Shown here one piece after another: positions 40,684 through 48,411 of a DNA stretch of 64,000 nt. The notes under the pieces are model-generated. The model saw only the letters and a list, made by a program, of their open reading frames with translations, had not been told where the DNA came from and searched no databases. Numbering within the stretch: the stretch's first letter is position 1; each line of letters starts with the position of its first letter. Both the position numbers and the translations under genes were made by a program. Source of the DNA: an uncultured cyanobacterium (lineage in GTDB: Bacteria > Cyanobacteriota > Cyanobacteriia > PCC-9006 > JAAUQQ01); assembly GCA_963718615.1 (NCBI GenBank), contig OY970368.1, forward strand, positions 5,088,001 through 5,152,000, in the 5' to 3' direction.

Positions 40684-41268
40684 TTGGACTACCCGCTTTC
40701 TTGCCTAGTCCCTATCCCCGTGTGTTGCTGATTGATGAGGTGGATAAGAGCGATATTAATTTACCGAATGATTTGCTGAACCTTTTGGAAGAAGGGCAAT
40801 TTGAGATACCCGAGTTAGTCAGGCTTGCAGAAGCTTCAGAAGATCTGGCAGAAGACTCTGCTTCGTTACAATCCACCACGGTTCGTACGGCTGATGATCT
40901 CAAGGTTCCAATTAAGGGCGGTAAGATTCGCTGTGATGCCTTTCCGCTGATTGTGATGACCAGCAACAATGAACGAGACTTCCCCCCTGCCTTTCTCCGT
41001 CGTTGTCTGCGAGTCGATATGCCCAAGCCGGAGAAGTCAGATCTCTATCAAATCGTCGAGGCTCACCTAACCAAGGATATTGCTGAACAGATGGATGATT
41101 TGATTGGGCGTTTCGACAAAAAAACGGCCAATGAGGCGGTGATGTTGGCAACGGATCAGTTACTCAATGCAGTATATCTCCGACAGCATGGTGCTGCGGT
41201 AGAGGAGGATAGCGATTTAGAGAAGCTCATTCTTGCAGCCTTAACGAGTACAGGGAGTTAGCCTGCCA

Positions 41269-43728
41269 ATGGGGATTGAGCATCTGGTTGGCCTATTAGA
41301 ACGAGCGTACCCGGACTTAACCTCTGAGGAAATTGCCGATATCTTGTGGCTAACGCTGCAACAGTGGCAATTGAATCGGGATGAGAGTGCTCAAGATCGT
41401 CCCATCCCCAGCCTTCCTGAGCAATTTGAAGGGAATGAGCAGCCCTTTATTCGAGGCCCTTCTGCTCCGTTGACACTGGCTGGGACGATCCCTGAGTCTG
41501 TTGTTCAATCCCGACCTATTGCTGGGTTAACCACCTCCCGCTCCTCTAGTTCAGCGTCTACTTCTGGCTCAACGGCTGAAGAAAAATTTGCTCCAGGAGC
41601 TGCCCTAGCGGTGCCTGATGCGCCAGCGCTGCGCAGCTCGTTGGAGATTTTGAAAGCATTTCGGCCCTTAATGCGTCAGGTGCCATCAGCTCATGCTCAA
41701 TATCTAGATGTACCGGCGACGGTGAGGGCGATCGCAGAAACAGAGGTATGGCAGCCCCAAATGCGCCCTGTTTTAGAGCCCTGGCTGGAATTAGCGTTGG
41801 TCGTAGACACAGCCCCCTCCATGGTGATTTGGCAGCGCACCATTTTAGATTTGCGTCGGATTTTGTCACAATCGGGCGTATTTCGAGATGTCCGTCTTTG
41901 GAGCTTAGAAGAAAGAGCCGACTCTACCGTACTTGCTCCTTCACTTTGTATTCGTCCGGGGTTCGGGCCGAAAACGTCGTTACAGTCCCCCTGCCGCCCT
42001 CAGGAATTGCTGGACCCTCAACGGCGACGCCTGATCTTGCTGATCACGGATGGCATTCATAAGCGTTGGGATAGCTCGCAGATTCGAGAAATATTAAGGG
42101 TTTGGGCGGAGAACGGACCTTTAGTGATGTTACAGGTTTTGCCCGAGTGGCTCTGGGAGCGGACTGCGCTAGCTGATGTGACGAAGGGACAACTGTTTGC
42201 CCAGACCAGTGAGCGGGAAGAAGCTCATCCGAGCCAGTCGCTCATCTTTGCACGTCAGGGACGAGGACGAAAGAAAGCCTCGGCAGGCACTAAGGTTCCG
42301 GTCATGACCTTAGAGCCTGCGGTGGTGAAGCGTTGTAGTCAGGTAGTAGCAGGACAATCATCGAGTTCTGCCCCTGGTCTTCTCTTTGCGCCGGGGCAAT
42401 TGGCGCGTTTGTCGGTTGATTCTAAGTTGCCCTCTGATTCTCCTCCCCCAGAGCCAGAACTATTACCCACAGAGCGCTTAGAGCAGTTCCGTAACTTTTC
42501 ATCGCCCATGGCTCGCCGTTTGGTGGGTCTGTTGGCAGCTTGTCCTGAAATCAATTTACCGATTATTCGCTTGGTACAAGCTGCAATGCTGCCTCTGTCT
42601 CAGCAGGTACATGTGGCGGAAGTTCTATTTGGCGGGTTATTTAAACCTCAAACAGACCTAACCGCCCATACGCCAGCCGATGAGGTGGAATATACGTTCC
42701 ATGACGGCGTGCGCCCTCTCATTCAGGATACGGTGCCACCAGCCTATGCTTTCCAGGCGTTATCCACTTGGTTGACCCATCGTTTTGGCTATTCCATTGA
42801 TGAGTTTCGGGTCGAAGTGACGGATGAGCGGGTTTCTCAGGTCAAGCCTTTTGCTGGACTGCTACTGGATGTCCTAAGGCGTCGGGGGGGTGACTATGCT
42901 GAAATTTTTGAAGGCTTTGAGCGGGTTTATGGTCCGAAGTATGCGACGTTTGCGGAATTGCTTGAGCGAGAGAATCCCCAGCAGGACTATGAGATTCGCG
43001 CTCGGGCTGGAACCTCTGGCATTGCGGTGTTGGCGATTCATGGCGGGAATTTGCAACCAGGAACGAGTGAATTGGCAGAGGTTATTGCAGGAGAAGATCA
43101 TGCATTCTATACCTTTGTTAGCTTAAAGCCTGAGATCGATCAAACCCTGTATGTTTCTAGTGTTCAGTTTGATGAGCCCCGTGCGTTAGAAATTGTGGGA
43201 GCAGCGGATTCAGTACTTTCGATTCATGGATGCCAGGGAGCTGCTGAGTTTGTTCAACTCGGTGGGTTGGATGAGGATTGGAAGCAGCGGGTTCAGTTAG
43301 CATTACTGGATGCTGGATTTGCGGTGTTTGATCAGGAGATGAGTGGGATTCATGCTAGAGAGATTTGTAATCGAGGGCGTTTGGGTCGAGGGCTGCGAAT
43401 TGAGGTGAGTCGGGGGTTGCGGGATCGCATCTTCAACCCTGAGCGAAGGGTTCAAGATGCCGAAGGTTTAGAGCAGTTTGTCTATTGTCTGAGGCAAAGC
43501 ACGCTTTCTGTTTGGTTTGACAGGGCAGTGGAGGCACCGCAGTCAGCAATTGGGCAGGAGTCAAATCTCCCTGGGGATTTTCAACCCTTGGAAATCGAGA
43601 CCGCCCAACTAGTCGATACGGCTACCTTCCCAACGCTCCAAGAAGAGGAATTCACCGTCGCAACCCTAGTCCCTAAGCCGCAGTCATCAACACCTGAATC
43701 CTTCTGGTCTAGAGTTCTTCGAGTTTGA
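41269..43728 (+). CDS. vWA-type (SAV_2336-like) component fused to a DUF867/PghP-like domain; frameshifted from its FGE-sulfatase tail
   Basis: EEIADILWL, LELALVVDTAPSM.IW, LILLITDG, LQVLPEWLWERTAL and HVAEVLFGGL..YTFHDGVR. Positions ~42937-43500 encode YATFAEL..AIHGGNLQPGT..FDEP..SIHG..ICNRGRLGRGLRIEVS. Confidence 0.85.
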   Translation: MGIEHLVGLLERAYPDLTSEEIADILWLTLQQWQLNRDESAQDRPIPSLPEQFEGNEQPFIRGPSAPLTLAGTIPESVVQSRPIAGLTTSRSSSSASTSGSTAEEKFAPGAALAVPDAPALRSSLEILKAFRPLMRQVPSAHAQYLDVPATVRAIAETEVWQPQMRPVLEPWLELALVVDTAPSMVIWQRTILDLRRILSQSGVFRDVRLWSLEERADSTVLAPSLCIRPGFGPKTSLQSPCRPQELLDPQRRRLILLITDGIHKRWDSSQIREILRVWAENGPLVMLQVLPEWLWERTALADVTKGQLFAQTSEREEAHPSQSLIFARQGRGRKKASAGTKVPVMTLEPAVVKRCSQVVAGQSSSSAPGLLFAPGQLARLSVDSKLPSDSPPPEPELLPTERLEQFRNFSSPMARRLVGLLAACPEINLPIIRLVQAAMLPLSQQVHVAEVLFGGLFKPQTDLTAHTPADEVEYTFHDGVRPLIQDTVPPAYAFQALSTWLTHRFGYSIDEFRVEVTDERVSQVKPFAGLLLDVLRRRGGDYAEIFEGFERVYGPKYATFAELLERENPQQDYEIRARAGTSGIAVLAIHGGNLQPGTSELAEVIAGEDHAFYTFVSLKPEIDQTLYVSSVQFDEPRALEIVGAADSVLSIHGCQGAAEFVQLGGLDEDWKQRVQLALLDAGFAVFDQEMSGIHAREICNRGRLGRGLRIEVSRGLRDRIFNPERRVQDAEGLEQFVYCLRQSTLSVWFDRAVEAPQSAIGQESNLPGDFQPLEIETAQLVDTATFPTLQEEEFTVATLVPKPQSSTPESFWSRVLRV

Positions 43729-44593
43729 AACGGCAACCCTAATCCAGAACCCATCCGCCTGGAGAAAGCGAGGCGGGGGTGGGTCCAGCACCTGGGAAAT
43801 CCAGCGAAGACAGAGCCGTGCGGAGTGTATGGTTGAAAGGCTGCCGGGACAAGTGCCCCTAGAGATGGTTTTAGTTCCGGGGGGAAGCTTTTGGATGGGG
43901 TCGCCGGAAGATGAGCCAGAAAGGCAAAGCAACGAAGGCCCACAGCACAAAGTTACCGTTTCACCCTTTTTGCTAGGGCGGTATCCTGTAACCCAGGCGC
44001 AGTGGAAAGCTGTGGCAGAACTTCCCTTGATCCATCAAGAACTAGCTTCAGACCCATCACGTTTTAAGGGAAAGGATCGACCCGTAGAGAATGTATCTTG
44101 GCACGATGCCGTGGAATTTTGTCAGCGTCTCAGTCAATACAGTGGACGCAGCTATCGTTTGCCCAGTGAAGCGGAATGGGAATACGCCTGTCGTGAGTTT
44201 ACAATAACCCCGTTTCATTTTGGGGAGACTTTGTCTCCAGAGCTAGCGAATTATCGTGGAGACAGTTCCTACTGCGATGGGCCAACAGGAGAGAATCGAA
44301 GAAAAACAACCCCCGTAGGAAGCTACCCGGCCAATGCCTTTGGCCTGTGCGACATGCACGGGAATGTTTGGGAATGGTGCCAAGATCACTACCATGATAG
44401 CTATGAAGGAGCCCCCACGGATGGAAGTGCTTGGGTAGATGAAAACCCCGAACGAGGGTTGTGTATACAACGCGGCGGCTCCTGGGTCAACGGTCCGAGG
44501 GACTGCCGCTCCGCGCAGCGCTTCAGGTTCGCGCCCGGCAACCGCGACGACGACCTCGGTTTTCGGGTGGTGTGCGCCGCCCCGAGGACGTAG
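43700..44593 (+). CDS. FGE-sulfatase (CLec-fold) domain 1, DGR target; +1 frame continuation of the vWA gene
   Basis: The frame is open from 43670 (LEFFEFETATL..WEIQRR..MVLVPGGSFWMGS); also RLPSEAEWEYACR, GNVWEWC and RGGSW..GFRVVC. Confidence 0.85.
   Translation, partial: PSGLEFFEFETATLIQNPSAWRKRGGGGSSTWEIQRRQSRAECMVERLPGQVPLEMVLVPGGSFWMGSPEDEPERQSNEGPQHKVTVSPFLLGRYPVTQAQWKAVAELPLIHQELASDPSRFKGKDRPVENVSWHDAVEFCQRLSQYSGRSYRLPSEAEWEYACREFTITPFHFGETLSPELANYRGDSSYCDGPTGENRRKTTPVGSYPANAFGLCDMHGNVWEWCQDHYHDSYEGAPTDGSAWVDENPERGLCIQRGGSWVNGPRDCRSAQRFRFAPGNRDDDLGFRVVCAAPRT
44471..44593 (+). repeat. DGR variable repeat VR1
   Basis: CGCGGCGGCTCCTGG...CGGGTGGTGTGCGCCGCCCCGAGGAC is shared with VR2 and VR3; differences fall at codon positions 1-2. 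Confidence 0.85.
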
Positions 44594-44663
44594 CCCTCTG
44601 CCCTCTTGCCTTTTTGCCCTCTGCGCGCAGAGCAGTCGATTTTTGTAGTACAAATGAATTGAC

Positions 44664-45521
44664 ATGACCGACTCTCCCATTCAGCTCATCCACTTCGATC
44701 TCGTCAAACAAAAACGCCGCAACCAATACTTCGACGAAGACTTAGGTAATGGCACCAGCCTGCGGATGATGGACATCCCCGCCGGAACCTTCCTGATGGG
44801 CTCGCCTGAGGGCGAGCTGGATCGCAACAGCGACGAAGGCCCCCAACACGAAGTCAACGTCCCCCGCTTCTTCCTGGGCAAATATCCCATCACCCAGGCC
44901 CAATGGCGAACCGTAGCGGCGATGGAGCCAATCAAAAACGAGCTAAACCCCGAGCCTTCCAGATTCAAAGGCGATGATCGCCCCGTGGAGGGAGTGAGCT
45001 GGCACGACGCCACAGAATTCTGTAAACGCCTCAGCCGCCACACGGGCCGCACCTACCGCTTGCCCAGCGAGGCGGAGTGGGAATACGCCTGCCGAGCAGG
45101 AACCACCACCCCGTTCCACTTTGGCGAGACGATCACCACTGACCTTGCGAACTATCAAGGCACGGATGAGGTGCAATTAAATTGGTCAGGTTCCTATGGT
45201 GATGGGCCGAAAGGTGAATATCGAGAAGAAACCACCCCAGTTGGCAACTTCGAGGTGGCGAACGAATTTGGTCTGTGCGATATGCACGGAAACGTGTGGG
45301 AATGGTGCCAAGACCATTGGTATGAAACCTATGAGGGAGCCCCTGCGGATGGAAGTGCTTGGGTGGATGAAAATTCCCAAGAGGAGTTGTATATACTACG
45401 CGGCGGCTCCTGGGACTTCGATCCGAGGTTCTGCCGCTCCGCGCAGCGCCTCAGGAACGCGCCCGACTACCACTACTTCGACACCGGTTGTCGGGTGGTG
45501 TGCGCCGCCCCGAGGACATAG
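44664..45521 (+). CDS. FGE-sulfatase (CLec-fold) protein 2, DGR target
   Basis: IPAGTFLMGS, YPITQAQW, RLPSEAEWEYACRAGT, DMHGNVWEWC and LRGGSW. Confidence 0.9.
   Translation: MTDSPIQLIHFDLVKQKRRNQYFDEDLGNGTSLRMMDIPAGTFLMGSPEGELDRNSDEGPQHEVNVPRFFLGKYPITQAQWRTVAAMEPIKNELNPEPSRFKGDDRPVEGVSWHDATEFCKRLSRHTGRTYRLPSEAEWEYACRAGTTTPFHFGETITTDLANYQGTDEVQLNWSGSYGDGPKGEYREETTPVGNFEVANEFGLCDMHGNVWEWCQDHWYETYEGAPADGSAWVDENSQEELYILRGGSWDFDPRFCRSAQRLRNAPDYHYFDTGCRVVCAAPRT
45399..45521 (+). repeat. DGR variable repeat VR2
   Basis: By hand alignment, 19 differences from VR1 over 123 nt, 18 of them at codon positions 1-2. Confidence 0.85.
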
Positions 45522-45561
45522 CCCTCTGCCCTCTTGCCTTTTTGCCCTCTGCGCGCAGACC

Positions 45562-45843
45562 CGTAGGTTGGCGTAGAGCACAGCGAAACCCAACAGCTTA
45601 GGCAATCGCCGATGTTGCTGGGTGTTTCTTGGGTTTCATACTTCAACCCAGCCTACGATTATGGGAGGGACAATTTGTTGGGCGTTGCTGAATCGAGGGA
45701 TGTATGGATTTGCGGCGATCGCCAACGTAGGTACATGGCAATGCCATGTACCCACCAAATTCATACCTAAAATCAGCAATGCCTTTTGTTGGGTGTCATT
45801 GGCAATGGCTTTTGTTGGGTTTCATGCTTCAACCCAACCTACG
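45562..45843. repeat. Cluster of GTAG-type REP/REPIN-like palindromic elements
   Basis: CGTAGGTTGG..GAAACCCAA..TTGGGTTTC..CAACCCAGCCTACG (45562-45657), CGTAGGTACATGGCAATGCCATGTACC (45726) and a second right arm at 45813-45843. Confidence 0.7.
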
Positions 45844-45911
45844 GTTACGGATGGTGCGATCGTCCCAGCGTCCCTATCTTGGCTACAATCCGATTGGGAT
45901 AGGCAGCCAAA

Positions 45912-45983
45912 CGCGGCGGCTCCTGGAACAACAATCCGAAGAACTGCCGCTCCGCGCAGCGCAACTACAATCAGCCCGACAAC
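45912..45983 (+). repeat. Truncated DGR template-repeat (TR)-like sequence
   Basis: CGCGGCGGCTCCTGG AAC AAC AAT CCG AAG AAC TGC CGC TCC GCG CAG CGC AAC TAC AAT CAG CCC GAC AAC. No FGE coding sequence precedes it, and it is A-rich where the VRs vary. Confidence 0.8.
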
Positions 45984-45991
45984 TTCTGTCC

Positions 45992-46058
45992 AGACACCGG
46001 GTGTTTGGGATGATATCTGGTTGGTTTTCTGAAGTTCGTCAAAAAACACCCGGTGTCT
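45992..46058. mobile_element. 67-bp MITE/REP-like element with 15-bp terminal inverted repeats (copy 1)
   Basis: AGACACCGGGTGTTT ... AAACACCCGGTGTCT. Confidence 0.65.
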
Positions 46059-46074
46059 AGCCGTTGCTTAGCTT

Positions 46075-46878
46075 ATGCCACTGCAAATCCAACGCCGAAA
46101 AATCACCGTTCAGCATTTCACCGAAGACCTCGGCAGCGTGGGCCTGGACATGATCCTGGTCAACGGTGATAGCTTCACCATGGGTTCCCCTAAGAACGAA
46201 CCTGAGCGAGAAGACGACGAAGGCCCCCAGCACGAAGTCACCGTTCCGACCTTTGTCATGGGCCGCTACCCAGTGACCCAGGCCCAGTGGCGGGCTGTCG
46301 CGGCGATGGAGCAGGTGAAGCAGGAGCTAACCCCAGACCCGTCTGAGTTTAAAGGGGATGACCGTCCTGTAGAGCAGGTGTCCTGGTTCGATGCAGTGGA
46401 ATTCTGCCAACGCCTCTCCTACCACACCCGGCGCACCTACCGCTTACCGTCCGAGGCGGAATGGGAATATGCCTGCCGAGCAGAAACCCAAACGCCTTTC
46501 TATTTTGGCAAAACGCTCACCGACGAGCTGGCCAACTACGATGCAAGTTATACCTACGATGGTGGTCCAGAGGGCCAGTACCGAGAAGAAACTAGGCCAG
46601 TCGGCAGCTTTCCCGCTAATGCCTTTGGCCTCAGCGACATGCATGGCAACGTGTGGGAGTGGTGCCAAGATCACTATCACAACTCCTACGAAGGAGCACC
46701 AGAGGACGGAGCCGCCTGGATAAACGAAGAAAGAGATGATTCGTATATACTACGCGGCGGCTCCTGGAGCAACTATCCGAGGAGCTGCCGCTCCGCGCGT
46801 CGCTACTACTTTCGGCCCAGCAGCCGCAACTATAGCTTCGGTTTTCGGGTGGTGTGCGCCGCCCCGAGGACCGGCTAA
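46075..46878 (+). CDS. FGE-sulfatase (CLec-fold) protein 3, DGR target
   Basis: FTMGSP, YPVTQAQW, RLPSEAEWEYACRA, DMHGNVWEWC and LRGGSW..GFRVVC. Confidence 0.9.
   Translation: MPLQIQRRKITVQHFTEDLGSVGLDMILVNGDSFTMGSPKNEPEREDDEGPQHEVTVPTFVMGRYPVTQAQWRAVAAMEQVKQELTPDPSEFKGDDRPVEQVSWFDAVEFCQRLSYHTRRTYRLPSEAEWEYACRAETQTPFYFGKTLTDELANYDASYTYDGGPEGQYREETRPVGSFPANAFGLSDMHGNVWEWCQDHYHNSYEGAPEDGAAWINEERDDSYILRGGSWSNYPRSCRSARRYYFRPSSRNYSFGFRVVCAAPRTG
46753..46878 (+). repeat. DGR variable repeat VR3
   Basis: Same conserved scaffold; 11 of 13 mismatches to the TR remnant are at TR adenines. Confidence 0.85.
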
Positions 46879-47064
46879 CCCTTTACCCTCTTGCCTTTTT
46901 GCCCTCTGCGCGCAGCGCAGCCGATTTTTGTTGCAGACACATAACGCCTTAGCGTATACACCCCGTAGGGACAAACCGCCGTTCGTCCTAGCTGTGTCTG
47001 CCTATCTTCCCGCACCACTCTCGTAAAATAAAGCCAGACCGCCACCCTTCCCTGGAGTTCTCCC

Positions 47065-47715
47065 ATGCCACCCACAGCTCTCCAGCCCAGCGCTGCTGTC
47101 CTTTACCCCGACTCCGACGGTAAACCCATGGCCGACAACACCGCCCAATACCGCTGGATTGTCCGCCTCGTGACCAACATCAAACAACTGCTCAAAGACC
47201 AAACCGCCTTTGTGGCCGGGGATTTGCTCTGGTACCCTGTCAAAACCGAAAAGTCCCAGACCCCGGATGCCATGGTGGTGTTGGGTCGCCCTGAGGGAGA
47301 CCGAGGTAGCTACAAACAGTGGGAAGAAGACAACATTGCCCCCCAAGTCGTCTTTGAGATTCTTTCCCCCAGCAACACCGCCACAGAAATGCTGGCCAAA
47401 CAAGCCTTCTATGGCAAATACGGTGTCTTAGAAATGTTCTTTTACGACCCAAGTGCTTACGAATTTTGGGGTCTGGTTCGCTCTGCTCCGGATCAAGATT
47501 TCAAACCCGTCGTGCCGATCAATTTCCCTTGGGTCTCCCCGACGCTGGGGATTCGCTTTGAGTGGTTCGAGGACGGTTTAGCCCTGTTCTATCCCGATGG
47601 AGAACGGTTCAAGGATCCCCTGGTGTTTATCGAAGAACGGGATCAGGCTCAGGCAGAACGAGACCGCGCCTTTGCTAAGCTCCGAGAGCTGGGCATTGAC
47701 CCGGCGCAGCTCTAG
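47065..47715 (+). CDS. Uma2/DUF820 family protein
   Basis: YPDSDGKPMADNT.QYRWI, PDAMVVLGRP, PQVVFEILSPSN and LRELGIDP. Confidence 0.88.
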   Translation: MPPTALQPSAAVLYPDSDGKPMADNTAQYRWIVRLVTNIKQLLKDQTAFVAGDLLWYPVKTEKSQTPDAMVVLGRPEGDRGSYKQWEEDNIAPQVVFEILSPSNTATEMLAKQAFYGKYGVLEMFFYDPSAYEFWGLVRSAPDQDFKPVVPINFPWVSPTLGIRFEWFEDGLALFYPDGERFKDPLVFIEERDQAQAERDRAFAKLRELGIDPAQL

Positions 47716-47722
47716 CTTGGTC

Positions 47723-47788
47723 AGACACCGGGTGTTTGCGGCAATCTCGGTGGTCTATCCTAAACTCTTCTCAAAACACCCGGTGTTT
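47723..47788. mobile_element. Second copy of the AGACACCGGGTGTTT inverted-repeat element
   Basis: AGACACCGGGTGTTT ... AAACACCCGGTGTTT with a diverged interior; lies at the right edge of the island. Confidence 0.6.
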
Positions 47789-47801
47789 CGGTGTCTCGAA
47801 T

Positions 47802-47832
47802 AAAAAAGACAGGGCACAATCACCCTGCCTTC
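47802..47832 (-). terminator. Terminator of psbEFLJ
   Basis: Minus strand AGGCAGGG-N8-CCCTGTCT followed by TTTTT. Confidence 0.65.
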
Positions 47833-47874
47833 TAGCATTATTCAATTAGCACTCTGGAATGACATAGCGGTCTA

Positions 47875-47994
47875 TTACATAGCAGAGCCAACACCCACGT
47901 AGGCACCGTAGAAAAACAGGCCCACAACCACTAACACACCAGTACCAGCGACTGTTGCAACGATCCACAGTGGAATTCTTCCGCCTCCAGACAC
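47875..47994 (-). CDS. psbJ: Photosystem II protein J
   Basis: Translated by hand: [39 protein letters not shown] (GTG start). Confidence 0.95.
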   Translation of the reverse strand: MSGGGRIPLWIVATVAGTGVLVVVGLFFYGAYVGVGSAM

Positions 47995-48119
47995 AGCTGT
48001 CCCCTCCATTGATTAAACAGGTTTACAAAAATCAATATCTTAGAAACAAGAGCCTCACCCAACGGTAGGCCCTTTCCTTAAACAGACTCAAAAAAGGGTA
48101 ACCCAGGCAAACCGTCGCT

Positions 48120-48245
48120 CTAGTTAAAGAAATAGCTAGAGAACAAAATGCCGAGCACAAAAATAAGCAGTAGGCCCAAATACAGCGATGTACGGTTGAG
48201 CTCAACGGGCTGCTTATTTGGGTTTAGATTCCGATCTTGTGGCAT
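48120..48245 (-). CDS. psbL: Photosystem II protein L
   Basis: [41 protein letters not shown]. Confidence 0.96.
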   Translation of the reverse strand: MPQDRNLNPNKQPVELNRTSLYLGLLLIFVLGILFSSYFFN

Positions 48246-48254
48246 GGTCGAAAT

Positions 48255-48389
48255 TTACCGTTGGATAAACTGCATCGCGGCGATCGCACCCAGGAAGAAA
48301 ACACTGGGAACAGCCAGAGCGTGCACTGAGAGCCAGCGCACCGTGAAAATAGGATAGGAAATCGGTTCGTTGGGATTGTTTGAAGTCAT
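48255..48389 (-). CDS. psbF: Cytochrome b559 beta subunit
   Basis: [44 protein letters not shown]. Confidence 0.97.
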   Translation of the reverse strand: MTSNNPNEPISYPIFTVRWLSVHALAVPSVFFLGAIAAMQFIQR

Positions 48390-48411
48390 GTCAAAGGTCC
48401 CGCTTCAAAAG

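Larger units (their letters stand above)
39835..40693 (+). mobile_element. IS1-family insertion sequence (~859 bp)
   Basis: Imperfect terminal IRs GGTAGTGCCTTTA / GGTAGTCCAATTA (rc); direct repeat CGCTTTC at 39828-39834 and 40694-40700. Confidence 0.92.
39262..41261 (+). pseudogene. MoxR-type AAA+ ATPase interrupted by IS1
   Basis: The 5' part has PPPWRQF and Walker A GKPGSGKT; the 3' part has Walker B LLIDEVDK and TSNNERDFPPAFLRRC. Deleting 39835-40700 restores the frame ...LGTAF-LPSPYPRVLLIDE. Confidence 0.92.

Noticed and set aside
42937-43500. Prophage, suggested by the phage-associated DUF867 domain
   Set aside because: No integrase, terminase or structural genes in the window; the domain is fused inside the vWA protein.
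45622-46060. ORFs of 136 and 104 aa as Avd or other DGR accessory proteins
   Set aside because: They are translations across REP palindromes and the TR remnant, with no four-helix-bundle Avd character.
35250-47800. Complete, self-contained DGR
   Set aside because: No ORF with reverse transcriptase motifs (YxDD, QG) was found, and the TR lacks its 3' half.
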